Below are positions 32,251-44,478 of a stretch of 64,000 nucleotides of DNA, piece after piece. The notes under the pieces were generated by a model that worked only from the letters and a program-made list of their open reading frames with translations, was not told where the DNA came from and did no database searches. Where the stretch lies: positions 5,846,399-5,910,398 of the forward strand of contig MU053934.1 in assembly GCA_013239625.1 (NCBI GenBank), read 5' to 3'. The DNA is from Lama guanicoe (lineage: Eukaryota). The position numbers and the translations under genes were made by a program. The first letter of the stretch is position 1. The number at the start of each line of letters is the position of its first letter.

Positions 32251-35200
32251 TAAAATTTTTGACCGCACCTAAGTAAGAACTGCATTGTACACAGAGAACC
32301 AGAGACCCTGTCTCAGCAAGTGAACAAACAGTACTTACCTTTATCACTTGTATTATCCTCTGATATTTTCTTTTTTAAGTTTGATTGTGACCCACTATAT
32401 TGATTTCATGACCCACTATTGCTTATGACTCAGAATCTGAAAAATAACAGGTTTAAAAGAGTTGACAAGCTGCCAGTTGGCCTGTATTAGACCAGTATTT
32501 TTTTGTATGTGAGGCTTTTATGCTCAAAACGGAATACTCTGATAATCCAGACAGACGTAGACCCTTCCTTCCTGGAGTTCATAGATGAGGGGAGGAGAAT
32601 GACATTCAAGTCTGACATGACCAGTGTTGCATAGTGTACAGTGGGAGAAACGGGCGCCTAACCTGTATCTACTGTTAACTCTGGTGCTGTCTTTGAGGAA
32701 TTGCTCTCTGATCTTGGGATTTGGAGGATAGATGAAGTGTTTTTAAGAGTTGGTGTAGGCTGAAAATAAGAGTGTGGGCCATCGGGGAACCTGTAAATTT
32801 CACCTGGCTTGGGGGATAGTAAGAAATAGTACTGTAGAGCTGAGCAAGGGGCCAATCATGCAGGACTTAGAATGCATATTGGACTTTAGACTTTCATTTT
32901 AGCTCTTTTAAATGGATGGACAAAGTTGTACCTTAGATGACTGACTGAAATGAGGAATGGTTTGGAAAGAAACGGGGGAAATAGGCAGAAGGCCAGTGAG
33001 ATGGCTGTTTCAGGATTCCAGCTGTGATGAGGATGCCCTGGATTAGTAGATGGAAGGAATTGAAAAGATGTAACGAGAGCATGGGTGGCCCAAAGAACTT
33101 GCTGATTGATTAGATGTGAGGTTGTTATGATACAAGAATCAAGATAGCTCCCAAGTTTCAAGTTCGGGCAACTGAATTGCTGAGGATGCCGTTTACTAAG
33201 ATCACAAACATGGGAAGAGAAGTGTTTGTGTATGATAGGGATAGGAGGAGGGCTGTGATAAGTTACATTTTGGACATTTTCAGGTTGTGTGATTCTCCTG
33301 ACTTGAGTAGTCACTGTTTTCATTTGGAGTGCCTTTCTTTTCAGCCAACAAATATTGACTACCCAGCAAGCTTTAGGTATTTGGAATGTAAAGATGAACC
33401 AAGGTGCAGTTTCTGCTCTCAAAGCCTTTAGGATCTGATGGAGTTGGTACACACGTCAACAAAGTTTTCCTGTAAGTCTTTTAAATGTTCTAGATAAAGG
33501 CAGAGGATAGGGATTTTTCTGACAGGACGGGTTTGGAGTAGTTGGGGGGAAACTTCATAGAGAAAATACATGTTTGACTGGGGATAGGAGAGTGAAAATA
33601 ACGTACCTTTTCTTAGAAGTAGGGCAAGTTGGAAAGGTATCTCAGGTGGAACAAATACAAGTGGTTTTTATGTGACTGGAACACAGACAGATTGTGTGGT
33701 AGATTGTTTTCATGGGAGACAGATGGAAAAGGATGTTCGGATTCTATTATGAAAAGACGAATATGCTAAGGAATTGGGCGTTTATCTCACCATCAGGGTA
33801 AAAGTCTTACAAGAAGAGTGACATGGTCGAGGAAAGAGTAATTCTAGTGACACTGTATAGGATCACTAGCAGGGAGGGAACCTAATGGCAGGAAGACCAA
33901 GGCTTTATCTCTTCAAATGCACTTATTGTTTGTTTTTCAAGTTTTTGGTAAATTTTAACTATCAAAGTGAATTGTTTATTTTTTTAAGATCCAAGTTTTG
34001 TTTACCAGTTGTCGTACATGTAGAAACCATAGCAGGTAACTCAAAAAGAAAACCCCAAAACCAGTCACACTCACCTTTGTCTTTACAGATACTCAATTTT
34101 TAGGAGGCTTTTTTTCTTTTTAAAGAGGTGATATGATAGCTTTATCTAGGATCCCCTATAGGCATTTCCTTGGAGCAAACCCCAGTTAAGCAAACAAATC
34201 CACCCCTCACTGCAGAGCTTCTCTCAAGACGTTACTACACTCACTCAAAGTTAAGAAATGATCAGTGATAGTTGTTAGTGGACAGTTCAGGTTTAATATA
34301 AACATGTCATTGAGTTGATTTGTAAAGTGGGTATTTATTAAAATACGAATAATAGTGTCCTCATCTTTTGGTTAATATCCAACCAAGAAGTATTACTATA
34401 ATGATAAAGATAGGCAGGTAGTCAACGTTAAACTTCTAAAAGTGGGCCCCAAGTCACATTTTTGATGAGTTACATAGCACTCCATCTCTGTTTAAATTTT
34501 CAGTCCTAACTCAAATGGAGTTAAGAATAAAACTTCAAGTCATTCACTTCCAAAGTATAGGTATACCTTTTGATGTCATGATTGTAAGGCAGTTAAGAGT
34601 GCACATTTTGGAAATTAACTTGCACTTTTGCCCTTTTGACTATTGGATTTCAAAATTCAGCAGCTGCCAACATACATAGCTATATGATCCTATAAAACTT
34701 AATATTGATTATCATCTTCAGTCAAATTTGTATGTAACTGACAGGTTGTTACCAGTTGTTTTGGAAAGTATTAGAAGTCTTACCTGTCTTTCCAGCATGG
34801 ATATCTCATTACATTTTCTTAGCGTTCCTTCAGATTAAGTACTGTAGTTTTAAGTGTTCATGCATCTTTCTTTCCTTGATAGGTGGTTGTTTATGATTAG
34901 GTTAATTCTGCTTCATCTACAGAATATTAAAATACTATTTTTAAAATGAATTATTGGATGAAGGCTGGGATTGTTATTTTAACCTGGTTAAATTCATGAA
35001 GTTTGTAAAAAATCACCTCTTTTTAAAGGCCATGGTGTTTTAAAATGTCATGCTTTTTAAGCACCCCGAACAGCCAAGTTAATTTAAGAGTAGTAGTGCC
35101 CCAAACCAACAAGGAGAAGAGATCTTTGTGAGATTGATAGTCTCATGTCTAGCCAAACTGTTATCAGAATTATTAAAAGTTTTATAGATTTGACTTTCAC

Positions 35201-35410
35201 TTCTAATCCTTACTTTTTTAAATCCCCGTTCTTTGCCGACCTCATCCTGCACCTGGCTCCCCCTACTTTGAATTCCTTGAGTTGCTGTGGCTCAGCTTTA
35301 GTTGTTCACATCCTATTCTTTTCTTCACTCTAAAATTGTCCAGCTCCTGCTCATCCTCTGGTCTTACCATGGAGTTAGATGAAAGAAAGGTTTTGAGATC
35401 TGGAATGTTC

Positions 35411-35765
35411 TTTTTTTCTTTTTTCTTTTTCTTTTTTTTTTTTTTTAAAGTATAGTCAGTTTACAATGTTGTGTCAATTTCTGGTGTACAGCACAGTGCT
35501 TTGGTCATACATGAGTATACATATATTTGTTTCCACATTCTTTTTCCACCATAAGTTACCACAGGATACTGAATATAGTTCCCTGTGCTATACAGTATGA
35601 ACTTTTTTTTTTTATTAATAGCAACATTATTTATGATTGCCAAGATACGGAAGCAACTCAAGGGCTGCAAATGGCACAATATCCTTCTGTTCTGTGTTGT
35701 GGGTTTTGTTCCATTGCGTGTATATGCTGCGTCTTCTTTATCCATTCATCTGTTGATGTGTACTT
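35411..35765 (-). mobile_element. Rearranged short L1 insertion
   Basis: polyT, L1 3' end, then ORF2-end pieces in both orientations; TSD tggaatgt(t/c)c. Confidence 0.78.
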
Positions 35766-38700
35766 GGAATGTCCATTTTTTAAAAAGCATTTTAATGCCG
35801 CAGAGAAAACTAACTGAAAGGAGGAGAATTGATGGATAGATTCTGTGTTCTAAGTGCATACTTAAGAATTACTAATTTTAGAATAATTAATATGGGTATT
35901 CTGCTTAAAATATACAGTTTAAGAGCAGAACTGAGTTTTTATTTGACTTCAGTTTACTTGAAGTACAAAAGTAAGCCTATTTATTCAACAAAAAATGTTT
36001 GAACCTGCTAAGTGGGAAAAAAACTGGAAGAGGTACTGTTATGCAGTAGAATTAGATTTTGAGCCAAAATTATTTCAGTTTTGCATTCTAGTTTATAACT
36101 AAATTTTATTTATACTTTGTTTGGGATTGTATTGTTAGTAATCCTCATTTTGAAGGTTATACTTCATTTATATCATAGTGGGGAATATTTGTCTAATTTT
36201 TCATGTGTCATGAAATTGTCTTGATCTTTTGATTTTTGGAAAGGCTAATTGAGCTGAGTATTTTACAAGAGATTTTATGGCTAAATCTGCTGTGAGGACC
36301 ACAGCAATACAGAAGACACCAAGGGTGACCTACAGAATCAGTATGTAATAATGAAAGGATGTTTTGACTCAACACTAGTTTCCCACATGTTCAGTCCAAA
36401 TTCATTTTCGTTTAAATTGACACATTTCTAATACATGGTACATTGTATAAACTTAATGTATTATGCTCAACTTTCAAATCAGATTTAAATCTGCCCTGCT
36501 AGTCACATTTTGTGTCACTGTGTTTGGACTGAATGTACACTAAGATGAAGAAACATTTTACTCAAAGTCATTTTGTATTTGAGCACCATTAACTGTATAT
36601 GGGAACTTGTCAATAAACTGGCAGAAGTAGCCTGCTGATAATGTTGATTGGTTGGTATTTTAGAAAGTAAGCAGGAAATGCCTTACTGGAGATAAGTGTG
36701 AGTTCATTCATTTCATGTTGTTTATAATACTGTTCTGTAATATTTGCCATAGGATAGCTTAAAGGTAATGGAATAAATTTCAGATTTGTAAATTTCCAAT
36801 CAAAGGAGGTGTCAGCAAATTAAATACGTAAGAGCTGGCTGTAATATCTAGAAAAACTACTTGCTGTCATTTGCTTTTTTGCCTCCTACTTTTCAATCCA
36901 CTGCAGTCTGGCTCTTTACAACTCCACTGTTCTAAATTACTAGATATCTCCTATTATCTATGTTGAGTGAATTCTCTCTGGCGCATGCAACACCACTAAC
37001 ATTTCCTTCTTGGAACCTGGTTTCCAAGACACTATTCCTGGTGGATGGGCCGGGGAATGTTGGATTTTAGCTAGCATGTTTTCCTGGTTAAGATTACTGG
37101 CATTTCCAGTGGTTCCCTTAATGGCTGATGGTTACTTAAGCTCCACATTTCTCTCTCACATTGCCATGAATTCCTCTGGTTGCCCTTCTGGATAATTGTA
37201 CTCTTAGGTTATCCAGGCCAGAAACTTAGGAGTTATTCTCCTCTTTTTCTCTCCTTAACCTCCTACTTATAGTCAGAGAGTTCTTTTCATTGGCCTCTTT
37301 GATGCCACTGCCCCTTTAGCAGCAGCGTCCTAACCAGTCTCCCTGACTCTAGACTTCTCTGTCCAATTTGTTCTTCATCTTGTTTGCCTGTGTAGGCTCT
37401 AATAAATGCAGTTTTGTGTTTTTCATATTTTTGCTTGAAATTCTTCAGTAGATTAGTTTTCTCTCTACATTAAAAATCCCAAGCTATTATGTTACAGGAC
37501 CCTCTAAGTTGCTTCTTACTATATTTGTTGAACGTGTAAATTTTATTCAGCTAATCTGAACTAATCCCTGTGAAGGGCAAGTTGAGATGAGGGCCTGAGG
37601 TGGTGATTTTTTTTTTCTCCTAAGATAGTGATTTATTTGAACTTTTATTTTTTCCCATTTTTTGAAGGAAAAGAAAGAACCTGAGGATCTTAGTAAGAGG
37701 CATGAATTGAGGCTAGTCAATAATAAAATCCACTGTTACATAGAATTTGTTTAAATTACCGCATTTAAATTTTTATTTATTTTTCCATTGCACCTTCATA
37801 CATACTGCTTTTAGTTTGGGACTTGTTTTTCTACTAGTTTTAGACCACTGGGTTTTATTTGCTATTTATGACAAACTGGCCAAAGATGTAGTCTCTTATT
37901 TTTAGTGGCCTTTTTATAGTATGCTGCTTATGAGCTTGCTGCCAGTTTGGGGTTATTTTGTTTGTTTTGTTTTGTTTTTCCTGGGAAGCCCCTTGTGAAA
38001 GGATCTAATGGAGAAAGACTAGAAGTTTGGTGGCTAAAATAAAATCCACATATTAGGTTTTTGAGCTTTATGACTCTTAACCATACTGGTATAGAATTAA
38101 TTACTTACAGTTTGAGGAACTTTTCTCAGTCTAGAAATACTGTTTAAATTTTGTTTTAAAAAACCTGTTTTCTCAGTTTAAAAATGTTCAGAAAAGTTAT
38201 AGTTTTCATGATGTTCAATAATCTAAAACAGCTGCTAAAAATGAAGTCTGTCTGCTTGCTTGCATCGAAGGAGCATTGAATTGGGGATCCAGGGACTTCA
38301 GTAGAGTCCATATTCAATAACAAAATAGTAAAATCTGTGGAAGCCAATGGTGTATCAGGGGCAGTGTTCTAAGAAGCCTGAGGAAAATGGATCTTTATTT
38401 TCCCAATTCCTCCTCACTGAACGTGGTTCTGCTTTTTATTTTGTCTGTTTCCAGTTAAACAGTACTAGATGATCCCAAAGGATCCTTTAGTGTGTTCCAC
38501 CTGGCATATAACTTTAAAGAAGGTTACTAAATTTACACATTTACATAGATGCACACATTTATATGCTTTAGAATCTGTCTTTAAAAATACATTAAGGATC
38601 ACCTCATTGGTTCTTAAAACAGCTCCATGAAAGTGGTATAGAATAAGTTTTACCGCCTTTTGAGGAAAGAGGTGACATGAGCTCACAGTTGGAAAGTTTG

Positions 38701-39909
38701 ATAAATGAGGTCATCTTGTAGAATTGGGTTTGAATCCAGGTGTTTGAACTCCTTGAGCAGTGTCAAGTTAGATACCAGTGATAGCTGATGACATTTAGGA
38801 ATCATAAATGTCCAGAACTTCGAGGCAAAAATCAAACTAGCCTAGAAGTAATAATGACAGTCAGTGATATCAGATGAAATAATGTCTGTTTAATCATGGG
38901 TCAGAGTATAAATGACTTTTTAACATAGTCTTCCAAATTTAAAATGTAATCATTGAAAATAACGAGTTTTAAGGAAAGGTTAAGAAAACTTTATTATAAT
39001 GTTGTAAATACCCAATTAGATACAAATAATTATAGTATGTGATGGCAGAATTGTTGGAAACATTTATTATCAGATTCATTCCTTGAGCATGTGCTAGGTA
39101 CTAAGGAAATGTACGTATCTGTTAAATGAGACCCTTATCCTTCAGATACTTACAATTTGGTAAAGAAGTAATATGCACACAAGTATTTAGCTATAACAAA
39201 AGATAGAAAATATGAAGTGCATAGTTGAGGTGTAACAAAGTGAGTCATCTTAGGAAATGGGATATTTCAATCAATCTTTGAGTTGAAACCTGATGGATCT
39301 TTCTTAGTGGAATGGTCACTACAATTAGATCTGTTGAAAATACAGGATTGCCATTAAAAAAACAGCCCTGTAACCTTCATTTTCAGGGTCTAGCAATGTA
39401 AGCCCTCCTGTCTGCATCACAGTGGAGCCTAACTTTGTAATGTGATGTTAAATGTTTTGCATAAATACAAAACAGCAACCAAGTACAACAGATTTGGCTG
39501 TAGTACAGGTTAAAATCCTTAAGACTAGGGCCTAGAGCAAGTCTTCCTTATTACTGAAGTTGATTTCTCCTGAGTGAACTCTCTGTATGTGGCTGTTATC
39601 TACTTCTGAGATTGTTAGAGGATCAACAAGAATAATACAATTATTGAGGAGCCGCAGACGGTGCCTGACAAACTGAAAGTGCCTGATAAAAGTTTGCTCT
39701 CATTATTATAAGCCAGTCTTGTATCATAAGTAGTGATTCCACTAAATAATAATAGTAGATAACATTTCATAGTGCTTAATATGTGCTAGGCACTGTTCTA
39801 CCTTTTGTTTGTTTGTTTGTTTGTTTTGCTAGGCACTGTTCTAAATACTTGTATTAACTCACTGAATCCTCACAACCTATGAAGTGGGTACTTTCCTATT
39901 ATACAGAGA

Positions 39910-41960
39910 TGGAAACAGTTCTTCTGTGTGTATTTTAGAATTATCTTGTCTGGTTCTCTGAAAAACTTAGGATTTTGATTGGCATTGCATTGAAGCTATA
40001 GGTCAATATTGGGGAAGAACTGATGTCTATATAATATTGAGGACTTGTACCCAGATGTTTGTGATGATATCCTATTTATTTAGGTGGTCTTCAGTTTTGC
40101 AATTTACACATATTTTCTAATAACACTGTCAGATTTTTTTCTGTTTTCCCCTATTATATTTACTTCTAATCATTTGTTACTGATATACAGAAATGCAGTT
40201 TAATTTGTTTATATTTGTGGTATGTTCAGTCACCTTGCTAACCTCACTATTTCTAATTCTTTGCATTGGATTTTCTATGTTGACAGTTATTTCATCTGCA
40301 TACAATAAGTTGTGTTTCTTCCTTTACAATCTTTTTACTCATTAATTTTTTTTGTATTATTGCTTTGGTTAGAAACTCCTTTACAACATTGAATAGAAGC
40401 TGGGTATCTGTCTTGCTCTGATGCTAAAGAGGCTACTTTTTTTTAACATTTTTCATTGATTTATAATCATTTTACAATGTATCAAATTTCAGTGTAGAGC
40501 ACAATTTTTCAGTTATACATGTAAAGAGGCTACTTTTAATATTGGTCTATTGTGCGTATTTGCTGTCAATTTTTAGGTTTTGAAAGAGACCTTTCTGTCA
40601 ATTTAAGGAAGTTCCCATCAGGTTTTTGATTGTTACAGTTTTGTTTTTTTTTTTAATGAGGAATTGGGTATTGACTTTTATCCAGTGCTTTTTTTACAGC
40701 CATTAAGATGAATCTTACTTTTTCTTTCTCCTTTGTTAATGTGGTTAATAACACGTGTAGGTGGTCTAAGGTTCTATTGCGTACCTCTCCTTTCTGGATT
40801 CCTGAGATTATCCCAACTTGATCATGAAATTAGATTTTTAAGATGCTGATAAATTTGATTTGTTCTTTTTTTTTCTTCTTCTTCCCTTTAAGGATTCTTG
40901 TTTCTGTGTTCATGATTTTTTTTTCTAGTATTGGCCATGTGTGGTTTTTAGAGTACTTTATTTTCTAAAAATGTTTGTGAAAGGTTGAATTGTCTTTTCC
41001 TTGAAAGTTCAGTGGGACATGGCTATAGAAGTATTTAGATCTGGTGTTTTCTTTATGGAAAGGTTAACCAATGGTTCATTTTTTTTCAATAGCAATAGGA
41101 TTGTTCAGGGTTTCTATGTCTCTTACATTTTTTAAGATGGGATATTTCAATTTAACAGAATAGTAGAAAGAACTCGTCCATGTGCCTATTATTTCAGGTT
41201 ACTGATAATTTTGCCCCCTAGAGTTTCTACTGAGTTTTAAAAAGCAAATCCCAGACATGTCATTTCACTAGAAATACTTAAATATGCATCTTAGTTAAAA
41301 TGATTTACTGATTTATTTTAACATAGTAACTATGCTATTGTCATACCCAACAAAATTAATAATTTTTTAATATTACCCACTATTCAGCCTTCATTTATAT
41401 TATTCTGATTCTTGTCTAAAATGTATTTTCACAATTAATTTGAATCAAGACCCAAACAAGGTACGTCTGGTTGTTGAATCTCTTGTTTGGTAACAACTTT
41501 TCCCATTCTTTTTTTTTTTCCTTTTATGCCATGGAGAAGCTGGGACATTTATCTGATATAATTTCTTTTTTGATTAAGGTTTGTTGAGTATTTTCTCAGG
41601 AACTTACTGATTTTTGTCTCTTCAAATTTTTTGTGTAAAATTGATTAATAGTGTTACTTTCTTTTTATTTAGTTTTTTTCTTAACTTCCCAGAAGTTTAT
41701 CTTATTATTCTCTTCAAAGAACCAATTTCTGATTTTGTTGCTAACCTCTCAGTTGTATTTCTTCTGTTGATAATTGCTTTTATCTTTGATCATCTTTTTC
41801 CACTATTTTTCTAACATAACTTATATACTTAACTCATTAATTTCAAGCTTTATTTTCTAACATAAGCCTTTTAAGTTTTGAAATGTAGTATTTTGATTAC
41901 CACTCAGTTTCTTTTTTATTTTCCCTTTTATCACTTAGATACATGCATATTTTTAAAATT
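39910..41960 (-). mobile_element. Old, degraded L1 ORF2 region
   Basis: gattttgattggcattgcattgaa, ggattttctatg, aatttaaggaagttccc, ttcaaagaaccaatttct motifs; boundaries approximate. Confidence 0.65.
40441..40521 (-). mobile_element. 81-bp L1 3'-terminal insertion
   Basis: Perfect 16-bp TSD taaagaggctactttt 40425-40440/40522-40537. Confidence 0.82.
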
Positions 41961-42777
41961 TCTATATAGGTAGACATTTAAATTTTTTTCTAAATGTTTA
42001 ACACGAAAAATATGCCAGTGATGAACATTTCCTTCTATACTCCAGGGGGAAAGTAGAATGCAAAATCACTTAAAAGTATGTATGATCACAGTTTCGTGAA
42101 TTATGTAAATAGAAAGAAATGATGAAATGCATCAGTATATTAAGCAGTGGTCTTTTGAGTAGTGATGTCAGGTAAATTTTATTTGAAACTTTGTTTATAT
42201 TGCAAAACTATTCATAAGATGCGTTTTATTTTTATGATGGAGGGGCACGTATGATTTTTCAAAAGAAAAGAGAATAATTCTGTCAGTCCGAACTCTAAAT
42301 CATGTCCCAAGATCCTGGAATGCAATTCAGTTCAATTAAAACATGACCAGTTGCTTTTTCTGTTGGGCATTAGGCAAGGAGTTGGTGTGTAAGTGGTAAG
42401 ACTTGTCCTTCCCAAAGAGCTACAGTCCGGGTGCGGGGGTGAGGTGGAGGGGTGGTGGTGGGGAACAGATGGCAGGAGAGTAGGGGAGAGAGACAGACAC
42501 GTATAATTTCAGTGCCATGATAGAATGCTACAGGAACTGGAAGGGCACATAGAGGAAGAGTTGTACTTAAAAACCAAGGGTAACTGGGCCAAGACAATCA
42601 TTATTAAAGTGGTATCTTGTCTTCAGTGGGTGGATGATTTTTAACAGGATTATTAGTTGTAGATTCAAGTATATTTAATTTTTAAATACCCAACAATGCC
42701 CTTTTAATGTGAAAACTACTTGGAGAATTAAAAGGAAACTCAAACACCTTAATCTGTGTGAGTTAATACTGTCAACA

Positions 42778-43137
42778 AATCAACCAGGGACAGTTTTGCA
42801 CTTCCAGGGAACATTTGGTGATATCTAGAGATATTTTTGTTGGCTTATTGGGGGGGGCAAGCAGTAATTTGTTTGTTTGTTTGTTTATTTTAAAGGAGGT
42901 ACTGGGGATTGAACCAAGGACCTCCTGCATGCTAAGCACGCACTCTACCACTGAGCGGTACCCTCCCCCCAGAGATATTTTTGACTGTCACAAATGGGCT
43001 ACGGATACTATTGGCATTGAGAGGAGAGACCAGGGGTTTGCTGAGTATCTTACAGTGCACAGGACAGTCTCCCCTTCCCTCACAACAAAGAATTATCCAG
43101 CCCAGAATGTTTAATAATGCCAAGGATGAGAAACCCG
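42778..43137. mobile_element. MER20 hAT element split by SINE
   Basis: cagggaacatttgg...atatttttgactgtcaca...acaaagaattatccagcccagaatgt...gagaaaccc. Confidence 0.8.
42840..42970 (-). mobile_element. tRNA-derived SINE (Vic-1-like)
   Basis: Perfect 13-bp TSD agagatatttttg 42827-42839/42971-42983. Confidence 0.92.
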
Positions 43138-43840
43138 GGGTCGCTCTATAATTTGCCTCCTCTTTTTGGTGGGGGTGTGGCATAGGTGGAGTAGGGGTGG
43201 TTTATATGTTGTTGAAGGAACCAGAGGCTTGGGTTTCTAGCCTATTCAGCCAGATCTGGGTTAAGGAAAACTAATCTGTAGTCTGAGGCCCGGTGAAAAC
43301 AAATTTACTAAACTTTGTAGCAGGCACTGGGATAGGAATTTGGTAAAGAGTGGTAGGCAGCCCATCTTCCTGGAGCTTACACTGAATGGTCTACAAGTGT
43401 CAGATCTTTTTATCAGTTGTCTTTCTCTTTGTTATCTTTTAAATCCTTTGTTTCATTCTGAATTTAGTGTATGGATAAGTTATTTTAACCTCTTCAAAGG
43501 AATTTTGGAATAGCATACAGTTTAATTGTTTATTTTTTCATGACTGTCAGTACAAACTTGGCAACTTGTGTAATGGGTATTGTACTAAGATGTAATCCTT
43601 TTTTTCCTTCAGTCTTATTTTAGGTACAGTTTGTAAGTGTTTAAACTTGTTGGCATGACCAAATACTATACATACATATATAAAACTTTTCAGTATAACA
43701 TGAAAAACTGCAATACAAATAGATAGTATTCCATGGAGTGAGATTTAGAAATACTTATTATCAAGAACAAAGTACAGAGAAATTTGTAATTTTTGACTCT
43801 GTCATACTTTTAACTATTGTCTTTCCTGTTTGTTTTTTAG

Positions 43841-44478
43841 ATTTTGGCTCTCTGTTTGACTTGGAGCACGACTTACCAGATGAATTAATCAACTCTACAG
43901 AATTGGGACTAACCAATGGTGGTGATATTAGTCAGCTTCAGACAAGTCTTGGCATAGTACAAGATGCAGCCTCTAAACATAAACAGCTGTCAGAATTGCT
44001 ACGGTCTGGTAGTTCCCCTAACCTCAATATGGGGGTTGGTGGCCCAGGCCAAGGCATGGCTAGCCAGCCCCAGCAGAACAGTCCTGGATTAGGTTTGATA
44101 AATAGCATGGTCAAAAGCCCAATGGCACAGGCAGGCTTGACTTCTCCCAACATGGGGATGGGCACTAGTGGACCAAATCAGGGTCCCGCGCCATCTGCAC
44201 CAGGTATGATGAACAGTCCAGTAAATCAACCTGCCATGGGAATGAACACAGGGATGAATGCGGGCATGAATCCTGGAATGTTGACTGCAGGCAATGGACA
44301 GGGGATGATGCCTAATCAAGTCATGAACGGTTCAATTGGAGCAGGCCGGGGGCGACCTAATATGCAGTACCCAAACCCAGGCATGGGAAGTGCTGGCAAC
44401 TTAATGACTGAGCCACTGCAGCAAGGCTCTCCTCAGATGGGAGGACAAACAGGATTGAGAGGCCCCCAGCCTCTTAAG
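43841..44478 (+). CDS. EP300: p300 exon 2 (DFGSLFDLEHDLPDEL...LSELL LxxLL motif...GPQPLK)
   Basis: tttttag|AT acceptor, AAG|gtgagt donor; inside ORF 43738..44652. Confidence 0.97.

Noticed and set aside
32886..33452. 188-aa minus-strand ORF
   Set aside because: Lies in L2-like degenerate repeat sequence; no recognisable domain
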